Shown here: positions 10,513 to 18,751 of the stretch, in pieces
How positions within the stretch are numbered: position 1 is the stretch's first letter
Layout: each line of letters starts with the position of its first letter
Assembly: GCA_965263235.1 (NCBI GenBank)
Contig: OZ253667.1
Location: 1,617,796 to 1,681,795, forward strand
DNA: 64,000 bases
Source of the DNA: Pseudomonadales bacterium
GTDB taxonomy: Bacteria; Pseudomonadota; Gammaproteobacteria; Pseudomonadales; UBA7434
Direction of reading: 5' to 3'
Position numbers and translations under genes: made by a program
The notes under the pieces: generated by a model
Databases searched by the model: none
What the model was told of the DNA's origin: nothing
Seen by the model: the letters and a program-made list of their open reading frames with translations, nothing else

Positions 10513-11253
10513 ATGAGCGAGTTTGAAGGTCAAACCGTTTTTATTACTGGTGCCGGAAGCGGCTTTGGGAAGTTGTTAGCCGAAAGCATGGCGAAAAAGG
10601 GCGCAAAGCTTTTTTTAACTGATATAAATGCGGGGCAGCTTAAAGAAACGGCGAAGCAGTTTGGAGAACAGGCAAAATTCATGCAAAGTGATGTGGCCAA
10701 TCTTGAGTCAAATATCAACGCTGTTGACTGCTGTGTTGATGCGTGGGGAGGGCTTGATATAGCGGTTAACAATGCAGGTATCGCGACACCACCTAAGTCT
10801 TTTGTAGAAATTACAGAAGAGGAATATGATGCAGTGCAAAACATTAATGCCAAGGGTGTTTTTTTTGGAATGCAGGCGCAAATAAAGCATATGTTGAATC
10901 AAAAGGGTGGGCGTATTCTTAACGTTTCTTCTATGGCGGGCCTTGGTGGCGCACCCAAATTAAGCGCCTATTCCGGTTCGAAGCACGCGGTGGTTGGATA
11001 CACAAAGACTGCAGCCATAGAATACGCCCAGAAAAATATAAGAGTAAACGCCGTTTGTCCTTTTTTTACACCTACACCGCTGCTCGAAGGGCTGGATGAT
11101 CAGGCTTTGGAACTGCTCGCGCGGGGTGCGCCCATGAAGCGTCTTGCCGAAGCTGAAGAAATCGTTGCTGTCATGGAAGGTATTTTATTGCCCGGCAATA
11201 GTTATATGACGGGGCAATGCATTGCTGTCGACGGTGGCGTTTCTGCCTACTAA
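10513..11253 (+). CDS. short-chain dehydrogenase/reductase (SDR)
   Basis: TGAGSGFGKLLA, NNAG, and YSGSKHAV (YxxxK). 246 aa. Confidence 0.85.
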   Translation: MSEFEGQTVFITGAGSGFGKLLAESMAKKGAKLFLTDINAGQLKETAKQFGEQAKFMQSDVANLESNINAVDCCVDAWGGLDIAVNNAGIATPPKSFVEITEEEYDAVQNINAKGVFFGMQAQIKHMLNQKGGRILNVSSMAGLGGAPKLSAYSGSKHAVVGYTKTAAIEYAQKNIRVNAVCPFFTPTPLLEGLDDQALELLARGAPMKRLAEAEEIVAVMEGILLPGNSYMTGQCIAVDGGVSAY

Positions 11254-11305
11254 CTTTTTCCTGGCGGCTATATCGGTAAATCTACTCTAATAAAGGCCTG
11301 ATACG

Positions 11306-12451
11306 ATGAAATTCACCGAACAACATGATGCGATTCGAAGAACAACGCAGCAGTTTGTAGAAAAAGAAATTAATCCTTATTGCGAGCAATGGGAAGAAGA
11401 AGGCGTTTTCCCCGCCCATGATCTTTTTAAAAAGCTGGGTGACCTGGGTTTGTTAGGGATAAACAAACCGGTGGAATACGGCGGGATGGGGCTGGATTAC
11501 AGTTACCAGGCAGTGTTTTGTGAAGAGCTCGGTGCCATAACCAGCGGTGGTGTCTCAATGGGCATCGGTGTGCAAACGGATATGGCAACACCTGCGCTTG
11601 CGCGTTACGGTAGTGACTTTTTGAAAGAACAGTTTTTAGCAAAAGCAATTTCGGGCGAGGCTGTTTTTTCTATTGCGGTAAGTGAACCTCATGCGGGCTC
11701 TGACGTAGCTGCGACAAAAACCAAAGCAGTTAAAGATGGCGATGACTACCTGATAAATGGTAGCAAGATGTGGATTACCAACTCCACGCAAGCCGACTAT
11801 TTTTGCTTGCTTTGCAATACCGAGGGCGATAACCCGCACACTAACAAGTCACTTATTCTAGTGCCGTCAGCCTCGGATGGCGTTAGTTTTTCCAAGCGGC
11901 TTAATAAGCTGGGTATGCGCTCGTCGGACACGGCGCAGGTGTTCTTTGATAACGTCCGCGTGCCACAAAACCATTTGATAGGGCAGGAAGGAGCAGGTTT
12001 TCGCTACCAGATGGAGCAGTTTCAGGAAGAGCGCATTTACGGTGCCGTTGCTAATATCATTGCGATGAAAAATGCGATTAGACAGACCGCGGAATATGCT
12101 CGTGAGAGACAAGCATTTGGAAAATCAATTTTGAGCAACCAGGTAGTCCATTATCGATTAGCAGAGTTAGAAACCGAGGTAGAAGCGCTTCGTGCACTAA
12201 CCTATAGCGCGATTGAAGGTTATATAGCGGGTGAGGACATGACGCTTAAAGCGTCGATGGCCAAGTTGAAAGCGGGCAGGCTGGTACGTGAAGTGGCGGA
12301 TAGCTGTTTACAGTATTGGGGTGGCATGGGGTTTATGTGGGACAACCCTGTCGCCAGGTTGTATCGTGACGGAAGACTGGCTTCTATTGGTGGCGGTGCC
12401 GACGAAGTGATGTTGAGTATTATTAGTCGACGTTTGAATCTTACAGGTTAA
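11306..12451 (+). CDS. acyl-CoA dehydrogenase
   Basis: 381 aa with VSEPHAGSD, NGSKMWITNS, QYWGGMGF and IGGGADEVM, plus a Glu in FQEER (IVD/LCAD-type base position). Confidence 0.9.
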   Translation: MKFTEQHDAIRRTTQQFVEKEINPYCEQWEEEGVFPAHDLFKKLGDLGLLGINKPVEYGGMGLDYSYQAVFCEELGAITSGGVSMGIGVQTDMATPALARYGSDFLKEQFLAKAISGEAVFSIAVSEPHAGSDVAATKTKAVKDGDDYLINGSKMWITNSTQADYFCLLCNTEGDNPHTNKSLILVPSASDGVSFSKRLNKLGMRSSDTAQVFFDNVRVPQNHLIGQEGAGFRYQMEQFQEERIYGAVANIIAMKNAIRQTAEYARERQAFGKSILSNQVVHYRLAELETEVEALRALTYSAIEGYIAGEDMTLKASMAKLKAGRLVREVADSCLQYWGGMGFMWDNPVARLYRDGRLASIGGGADEVMLSIISRRLNLTG

Positions 12452-12558
12452 GCTCGTTTTAGCTGGTTGGTGTCGTTTGGTCAATCCAAAAATAACGCTT
12501 TTAATAAGCGGTATTGTCTGCGGCCTGGTTGGTTTGCTGTCTACCAGCCGAACGCGAC

Positions 12559-13329
12559 TTATTGCGAAAATGCTATTAGCGCAGCAGTGACCGCGACGTT
12601 AAGTGACTCTACATTGTTATGCATTGGTATAACGATTTTTTCCTGGCAAGCGTTCATGGTTTGCCTGCTTACGCCTTCGCTCTCATTCCCTAACACATAA
12701 ACATTCAGTTTGTCAGACTGCGACTCTTCGCCTAGCCTGGCCTTGGCATCCAGAGCTAAAGCAAGTAGTTGTCCGTCCAGTTCTTTAATGGTCTGGAGTG
12801 CGTCGTTGACCGTGTGGCAGCGGTAGATCGGGCAGTGAAATACTGCACCGGCACTCGCTTTAATGGTTAACGGCCCCAGGTCTGCGCAGCCTTTGCGTGG
12901 AATAATAATGCCGTCGATGCCTGACGCAGCAACGCTGCGAATAATCATGCCAACGTTTTGCGGGTTGGTAACACCGTCCAGCATTATAAGTTTGCATTTA
13001 TGTGCGCTATTCTCCACGAGTTGCTCAAGCTCGCTTAAATCAAACATTGAAGCGAGTTGTATGTCGGCGGCTACTCCCTGGTCTTGTTTGCTGCTTTTCG
13101 AAATCCTGGACAGCTCAAGTTTGGATTTGTATTCGACTGGCAACTGGCGTTGCTCTGCCGCTGCGACGATTTGATCGATAATCTTTGCTGGTTTGTTCGA
13201 CTCGGCAAGATGCACTTTGCGGATATTGAGTGTGTGATCTCGCAACGCTTCTAGCACTGCTTTCCTGCCATAGATAACAAGATTGTTTTTTTGGTTAAAT
13301 GAATTTTTTGTTGTGGGAGCAGACGACAT
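12559..13329 (-). CDS. TrmH/SpoU-family RNA 2'-O-methyltransferase (RlmB-like)
   Basis: 256 aa. N-terminal substrate-binding-like segment (IYGRKAVLEAL), LDGVTNPQNVGMIIRS, LGNESEGVS and ESLNVAVTAAL, which are SPOUT knot motifs. Confidence 0.75.
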   Translation of the reverse strand: MSSAPTTKNSFNQKNNLVIYGRKAVLEALRDHTLNIRKVHLAESNKPAKIIDQIVAAAEQRQLPVEYKSKLELSRISKSSKQDQGVAADIQLASMFDLSELEQLVENSAHKCKLIMLDGVTNPQNVGMIIRSVAASGIDGIIIPRKGCADLGPLTIKASAGAVFHCPIYRCHTVNDALQTIKELDGQLLALALDAKARLGEESQSDKLNVYVLGNESEGVSRQTMNACQEKIVIPMHNNVESLNVAVTAALIAFSQ

Positions 13330-13381
13330 TTGGCTGATGGTGCTGTTTACACACAGCTAGTTAAAGCAATAAAAAAAGAAG

Positions 13382-14689
13382 CTACTGATTATATAGTTTC
13401 TTATTTTCTTTAAGCCAGTTTATGTAGCGGTTTTTAGGGAGAGGCTTTGAATACAGGAATCCCTGAATGTAGTCGCAGCCCATTTTTTCGAGTAAGTCAG
13501 CGGTAGCCGCATCTTCTACACCTTCGGCGACAACCGTTAAGTCAAACGCATGGGCGATATCAATAATTAATCGAACAATTTTTAAGTCTGCTTCGCTATC
13601 AAGCATATTGGTGATAAAACTCTGGTCGATTTTAAGTTCATCAGCCGGAATATGTTTAAAGTAAGCAAGCGAGGAGTAGCCGGTTCCAAAATCGTCGATC
13701 GAGATTCTCACGCCCAGATCCCGGATTTTGCTCAGGTGATCAAACGCCTTTTCTTTATCTTTAATTAAAATATCTTCTGTTATTTCCAGTGTTAGGCGGT
13801 GCGGATCCAGTCCCCACAGTGAAAGCGCTTCGCTAATAATATTCGGTAGCACATTGGTCGTTTCCAGCGAAGGCGGAATATTAATACTAACTGTCGGCAG
13901 CAAACCGGAAAAGTCGTCACCTAGATCATTATCGAGTTCCTGTAGATATCGTAAACCGGAATTGACAAGCCATTCGATAAGCTCTATCTCCGAACCCAGG
14001 TGTTCAATAAGCGGGAGTGTTATTTTGGGAGCGATAACACCGTGTTCCTGTGTTTCCCAGCGTATTAGCGCCTCGGCACCGCAGTGCGCAACCTTGTTTT
14101 GTTGTGAGGCACAAAGTGGCACCTTGGGTTGAAAATACAATGACAGTTGATCGTCTTCGATGGCTTTATGCAAACTGTTCAACAAGCGCCATTTAGATCG
14201 ATTGCTTTTTTGTTGCTCGTCCTTTTCCAGCCATATATAGGGCTGGTTGCTCGCTTTAGCCTGCTTTAACGCAAGTTCGGAATCAAAAATAATTTGATTG
14301 GTATCGCTGTGTTGTAAAAAATTATGTGCCACACCGCAGTTGACGGTTACCTTTAAATTATGATTTTCAACCTCGAAGGTTTGCTTAAACAAGCTCAGAA
14401 TATTTTCGACACAAACAACGGCAACGCCAGGGCTGGACACCGGGCTAATAACAATGGCGAATTCGTCGCTACCTAAATAAAAGTGTCGGGTGTTTTCCAG
14501 GCCGAGCTGGCTAAGTCGCTTATCAATTTGTTGAAGAATGGCGTCGCCACAGTCGATACCAAAACTATGGTTTAATTCGCGGAACTCCCGAACGTCAATC
14601 ATCACAAGAACGCAATGCTCGTTGGAGCTATTGTCGCCAAGCTCCTGACTAAGACATTCAATTAATGCGTGGCGTTGATGAATCAACAT
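13382..14689 (-). CDS. c-di-GMP phosphodiesterase: degenerate GGDEF (GSDEF) + intact EAL domain, no sensor domain
   Basis: The GGDEF-domain core reads YLGSDEFAIV. EAL-domain residues are all present: EALIRW, SINIPP, LEITED, DDFGTGYSSL, KIDQSF, AEGVED, QGF. Confidence 0.85.
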   Translation of the reverse strand: MLIHQRHALIECLSQELGDNSSNEHCVLVMIDVREFRELNHSFGIDCGDAILQQIDKRLSQLGLENTRHFYLGSDEFAIVISPVSSPGVAVVCVENILSLFKQTFEVENHNLKVTVNCGVAHNFLQHSDTNQIIFDSELALKQAKASNQPYIWLEKDEQQKSNRSKWRLLNSLHKAIEDDQLSLYFQPKVPLCASQQNKVAHCGAEALIRWETQEHGVIAPKITLPLIEHLGSEIELIEWLVNSGLRYLQELDNDLGDDFSGLLPTVSINIPPSLETTNVLPNIISEALSLWGLDPHRLTLEITEDILIKDKEKAFDHLSKIRDLGVRISIDDFGTGYSSLAYFKHIPADELKIDQSFITNMLDSEADLKIVRLIIDIAHAFDLTVVAEGVEDAATADLLEKMGCDYIQGFLYSKPLPKNRYINWLKENKKLYNQ

Positions 14690-14768
14690 AAATTGGAAAC
14701 TCGTCTATTCTTCTAGCTGTTAGGTCGACTAGACAAGCGCTGCAACGGACATGGGAATATTTTTAATT

Positions 14769-15773
14769 TCACTGCCCCTCACTCCTTGCTTTAAGAGCAT
14801 TAACCAGACGGGTGTTAAATGGTGCTTCGACTTTAAACAAATTTGCAAGTTCAAGAAAGTGGCCATTTAGAAAGTCTAGCTCATTAGGCCGCTGATGCTC
14901 AAAATCCATTCGCATTGATGACTGATTTTCAGCCGTTTTTTGCGCGACGCTATAGGACAGACGCCTGATATCTGTGTCAGGCGGAATACCAGCACCTGTA
15001 TTTTCACTGGATTTTCCATAATGTTGAGAAAGTGTTTGCCAATCTAATCGACAAGCAATGTCTTCAAGCTCGGAGATAATGGCATCGAAATGTTCTTTAT
15101 AGTCCTTGTTGCTAAGCAGTTCGCCGTTCTTACAAGCAAAATAAGCCGTTAAAGGATTGATTGCGCAATTGATAAAAAACTTTTTCCACAAGAAAGGTGT
15201 TACCGGGTCATTAAAGCTAATATCCAGATCCCAGTGTTTAAGTTCATCGAGCTGATGGCTTGTCGAGTATCCACCGGAACCGTGCCTGTTATCGATCGTT
15301 CCAACGATTGTGTTCCCATAACCGGTTTGCACAAGCTCGAAACCGCGCTCAGCATCGCCGGTTGCTAGCGCACCATCACTGCTTGCCGCCCAGAAAAGCA
15401 TAAGGTCTTTGTTTTCATGTTGAAGCAAGCGTTGGATATTCTGCTGGATACGCATGCCATTGCTGAGGCAAATAACAATTGCGCCTTCGTTTAAAGCTGG
15501 CAAAAGCGGTTTGATCGCCGCTTCGATATCGTAGGCCTTTGTGGCGACGACAAGCCTTTTTACTGATTTTTGGGCAAGCTGGTCGGAAGGGCAGCAATCT
15601 ACTTTAAAGCGATCTATCCCTGGCTTATCTATCTGTTTGTATTGCAGTGTGGTGTTGCTGGTGTTTTTATTGGGGCGCAATATCAGGCGACAATCCGTAC
15701 CCGCTAGTTTGGCCTTTGCAGTCCAAAGCAGGCCCATAGAACCTGCGCCTAAAATATGCCATTGATTTTGCAA
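14769..15773 (-). CDS. ketopantoate reductase (PanE/ApbA) family oxidoreductase
   Basis: N-terminal ILGAGSMGLLW dinucleotide-binding motif. 334 aa with a two-domain PanE-like layout. Substrate not inferable. Confidence 0.55.
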   Translation of the reverse strand: MQNQWHILGAGSMGLLWTAKAKLAGTDCRLILRPNKNTSNTTLQYKQIDKPGIDRFKVDCCPSDQLAQKSVKRLVVATKAYDIEAAIKPLLPALNEGAIVICLSNGMRIQQNIQRLLQHENKDLMLFWAASSDGALATGDAERGFELVQTGYGNTIVGTIDNRHGSGGYSTSHQLDELKHWDLDISFNDPVTPFLWKKFFINCAINPLTAYFACKNGELLSNKDYKEHFDAIISELEDIACRLDWQTLSQHYGKSSENTGAGIPPDTDIRRLSYSVAQKTAENQSSMRMDFEHQRPNELDFLNGHFLELANLFKVEAPFNTRLVNALKARSEGQ

Positions 15774-15879
15774 AATAGTGCTTGCTCTTTATTTGAGGTC
15801 AATGTGTGATCGCGTTAAACACAAGGATACAATGGGCGCTAATTCCTTTAAACATCTAATATTCATTTGACTTTAAGCT

Positions 15880-16362
15880 ATGCCTTCTTTTGATATTGTT
15901 TCCGAAGTTGATCTTCACCAGGCGACTAACGCCGTTGACCAGGCAAACCGTATTGTTGCCAATCGGTTTGATTTTAAAGGCGTTGACGCAAAGTTTGAAC
16001 GCGATGAGCGAGTGATTACCATACGTGCAGAAGCTTTGTTCCAGGTTCAGCAGATGTTGGACATTCTTCAATCGGCATTAATCAAATGCAGTATTGATAT
16101 CAATTGTATGGAAAACAAGGATCCCGTAGAAAGCGGTCGGCAATGTACCCAGACCGTGATTCTAAAACACGGTATCGACGCTGATAATGCAAGAAAACTG
16201 GTTAAGCTAATTAAGGGAGAAAAGCTGAAGGTCCAGGCGCAGATACAGGCTGAGCAAGTCAGGGTTACAGGTAAAAAACGTGATGACCTGCAAACGGTTA
16301 TTGCCTTTGTTAAGCAGCAAGACATCGACCTACCTTTGCAGTTTACAAACTTCAGGGATTAG
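15880..16362 (+). CDS. yajQ: YajQ-family nucleotide / c-di-GMP-binding protein
   Basis: 160 aa. MPSFDIVSEVDLHQATNAVDQANR...RFDFKG...QVRVTGKKRDDLQ is the canonical YajQ (UPF0234) pattern. Confidence 0.9.
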   Translation: MPSFDIVSEVDLHQATNAVDQANRIVANRFDFKGVDAKFERDERVITIRAEALFQVQQMLDILQSALIKCSIDINCMENKDPVESGRQCTQTVILKHGIDADNARKLVKLIKGEKLKVQAQIQAEQVRVTGKKRDDLQTVIAFVKQQDIDLPLQFTNFRD

Positions 16363-16383
16363 TTTTACCGTCCATATCTAAAC

Positions 16384-18657
16384 GTGTCTTTAAATCTTGA
16401 AAATGCTATAGCTAGCGCGAGCAAAAAAGGACATCGTGTTTTGTTGTCCGTTGATGATAGTGATGGGCGCGGTTTAAACCTTGATGTTGTTAATTACCTA
16501 AGTGAGCTGCTCGCCACGAGTTCCAATGGTGATAAGTGGGCGAGTAGACCGGTAATCTGGATTGCGGACGATCTGCCGGATTGGTATCACAACATGCAAG
16601 ATGCCAGCGATCAGAATTCCGCAGCGCAATTGCACCGCCCACTTCAACACTGTCATCAGGCAAGAGCGACGCAACTACTTGGTAGTAGCAATCAATTTAT
16701 TGTTTACGACGCTTCGTTATACTTTAACCCTAATATTTTTTCATCGGCAATAGACTCTCTGCTTGGTGGTGGCATTTTTGTCTTGTTGCAAAACATCCTC
16801 GCACAAGCGGAAAATAGCAAACCTTATACAACTTTCCTGCAACGACAATTAACTGAATTTGCTAAGCAATACCCTCAGCAATATATACCCTTAAATCAAG
16901 CATATATTAATGGTTTTCGCAGTGGCGAGCATCGCGGTACAACGCGACGCGATATAAGTATGTCAGATGGTCGCGGTGTGCATGCAGCGCTAGAAAAGGC
17001 TTCTACAACCGATCTAACGCTGGCGCCGAGTTTTAAGCAGGCGAACGGTGAGCAACGGTTCTTTGTTAACGACGCCATAGATCTGTTTAACAATACAGCC
17101 GATAAACAATGTGTTTTGTTGCAGGCGAAAAGAGGGCGCGGAAAAAGTGCGGCGCTTGCATGGCTCGCGCACGCCTGGTTAGAGCCAGATTCTGCTCGAA
17201 AAATTATTCTATGTGCACCGAGCAGAAAACAGGTGAATACGCAGATGGCTATTTGGTCATCTCACGGGCCTGCGGATCTTTCGCACATTCAGTTTTTTGC
17301 TGTTGACGATTTACTCGCACGCCTGTCGAGCAATGAAGAAGGCTTTTTAGATAGGCAAAACGCGCTAGTAATGATCGATGAAGCGGCCGCCATCAGTTTG
17401 TCGCTTTTACAACAGATTGCCTCGAAAAATTTGAACCTGGTGTTAGCGACAACGACCGAAGGTTATGAGGGTTGTGGGCGAGGATTTTTGCTGCGCTATC
17501 AACAATTTCTAAGAAACGAGTACCGCCACTATCATGATTTTCAGTTGCACCAGCCAATACGCTGGTCGCAGGAAGATCGGTTAGAGGATCTCGTGGATGA
17601 GCTTTGTGGTTTGCGTTGGCAAGACCCTGCGTCGATTCCCGATGCGGCTGCGGACGTCACTTCGCAAAGTGCAACAGCTGCGGTCGAGATCAATAAGCTC
17701 AGTGCGCGCGTGCTTGTCGATAACCCGGACTTGCTCAGAAAAGTATTCAGGCTACTCGTCGACGCACATTACCAGACTCGCCCGTTAGACCTGCAACGTT
17801 TGCTTGACGACGATTCGGTACATCTCTGGGTAGCGTTTAATGGCGAGCAAGTTGTCGGTGTGTTACAGACTATGGAGGAGGGTGGTTTTGCGGCGCGGGG
17901 GGATGCTGAACTAGCTGATCTGGTTGCGAGCGGACATCGTCGACCGGCCGGAAATCTCGTCGCACAAAGGCTGGCGTTTCATTTTAACGACGCGCATTGG
18001 AGTAATCTACGTTCACACCGGATTATGCGAATCGTGACCAGCGACCGCCACAGGCGTTGCGGTATTGCCTCTAGCCTGGTTCAGCATTTTGAACGTTGGG
18101 CGCGCGAAGCTCAAATCGATTACTGGTCGAGTAGCTTCGGTTATAACGATGAGCTGATGGCTTTCTGGTCTTCGCAGCCTGCGGAGTTGGTTTATCTGGG
18201 TTCACGCGTTGATAAAGCGAGCGGCAGCTTTAACGCCATGGTTGTCACAGCGCTTGGGCGACAGGCGACGCAATCGCTTATAGATACTTCCGCCAGCCAG
18301 TTTCGCCATGAGCAAAACCTGCTTAAGCAATATTTAAACAAAGATTCGTTCGAGGGCGTTGTGCCTAATGAATCCAACAGTCAGCTTTCGCCGCAGGAGT
18401 TAGTGCGGCTACAGCGTTTTTTGGACGGTCGTTGGGATCTCGACTCTGCTTTGCCGCTAATTTTTAAATGTCTCGCGCAGTTTGAGCCATCGCAAAATAG
18501 TGATATCTCTAGATCCGTACAGCTACTAAGGGATTTATCGCGCTTTGCGCCACGCTGGAAAAAACTTGCCGATCACTACGGTTTAGCGGGTAAAACCGCT
18601 TTTACTCAATTAATCCGTACTAATCTGTCAGAAACCCTCTTAAATTCAGCCAAATAG
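16384..18657 (+). CDS. tmcA: tRNA(Met) cytidine acetyltransferase
   Basis: 757 aa. Helicase-like Walker A (AKRGRGKSAALA), DEAA Walker B, TTTEGYEGCGRGF, then a GNAT domain (RIMRIVTSDRHRRCGIASSL). GTG start. Confidence 0.8.
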   Translation: MSLNLENAIASASKKGHRVLLSVDDSDGRGLNLDVVNYLSELLATSSNGDKWASRPVIWIADDLPDWYHNMQDASDQNSAAQLHRPLQHCHQARATQLLGSSNQFIVYDASLYFNPNIFSSAIDSLLGGGIFVLLQNILAQAENSKPYTTFLQRQLTEFAKQYPQQYIPLNQAYINGFRSGEHRGTTRRDISMSDGRGVHAALEKASTTDLTLAPSFKQANGEQRFFVNDAIDLFNNTADKQCVLLQAKRGRGKSAALAWLAHAWLEPDSARKIILCAPSRKQVNTQMAIWSSHGPADLSHIQFFAVDDLLARLSSNEEGFLDRQNALVMIDEAAAISLSLLQQIASKNLNLVLATTTEGYEGCGRGFLLRYQQFLRNEYRHYHDFQLHQPIRWSQEDRLEDLVDELCGLRWQDPASIPDAAADVTSQSATAAVEINKLSARVLVDNPDLLRKVFRLLVDAHYQTRPLDLQRLLDDDSVHLWVAFNGEQVVGVLQTMEEGGFAARGDAELADLVASGHRRPAGNLVAQRLAFHFNDAHWSNLRSHRIMRIVTSDRHRRCGIASSLVQHFERWAREAQIDYWSSSFGYNDELMAFWSSQPAELVYLGSRVDKASGSFNAMVVTALGRQATQSLIDTSASQFRHEQNLLKQYLNKDSFEGVVPNESNSQLSPQELVRLQRFLDGRWDLDSALPLIFKCLAQFEPSQNSDISRSVQLLRDLSRFAPRWKKLADHYGLAGKTAFTQLIRTNLSETLLNSAK

Positions 18658-18751
18658 CGCTAAATCAGGTATAATTCGCGCCCGAAATTTGGCCAGAGTA
18701 TTTCGTTCTGAAATGCTTGTGGCTTATACCTCATCTGAATCGGAGATCACT

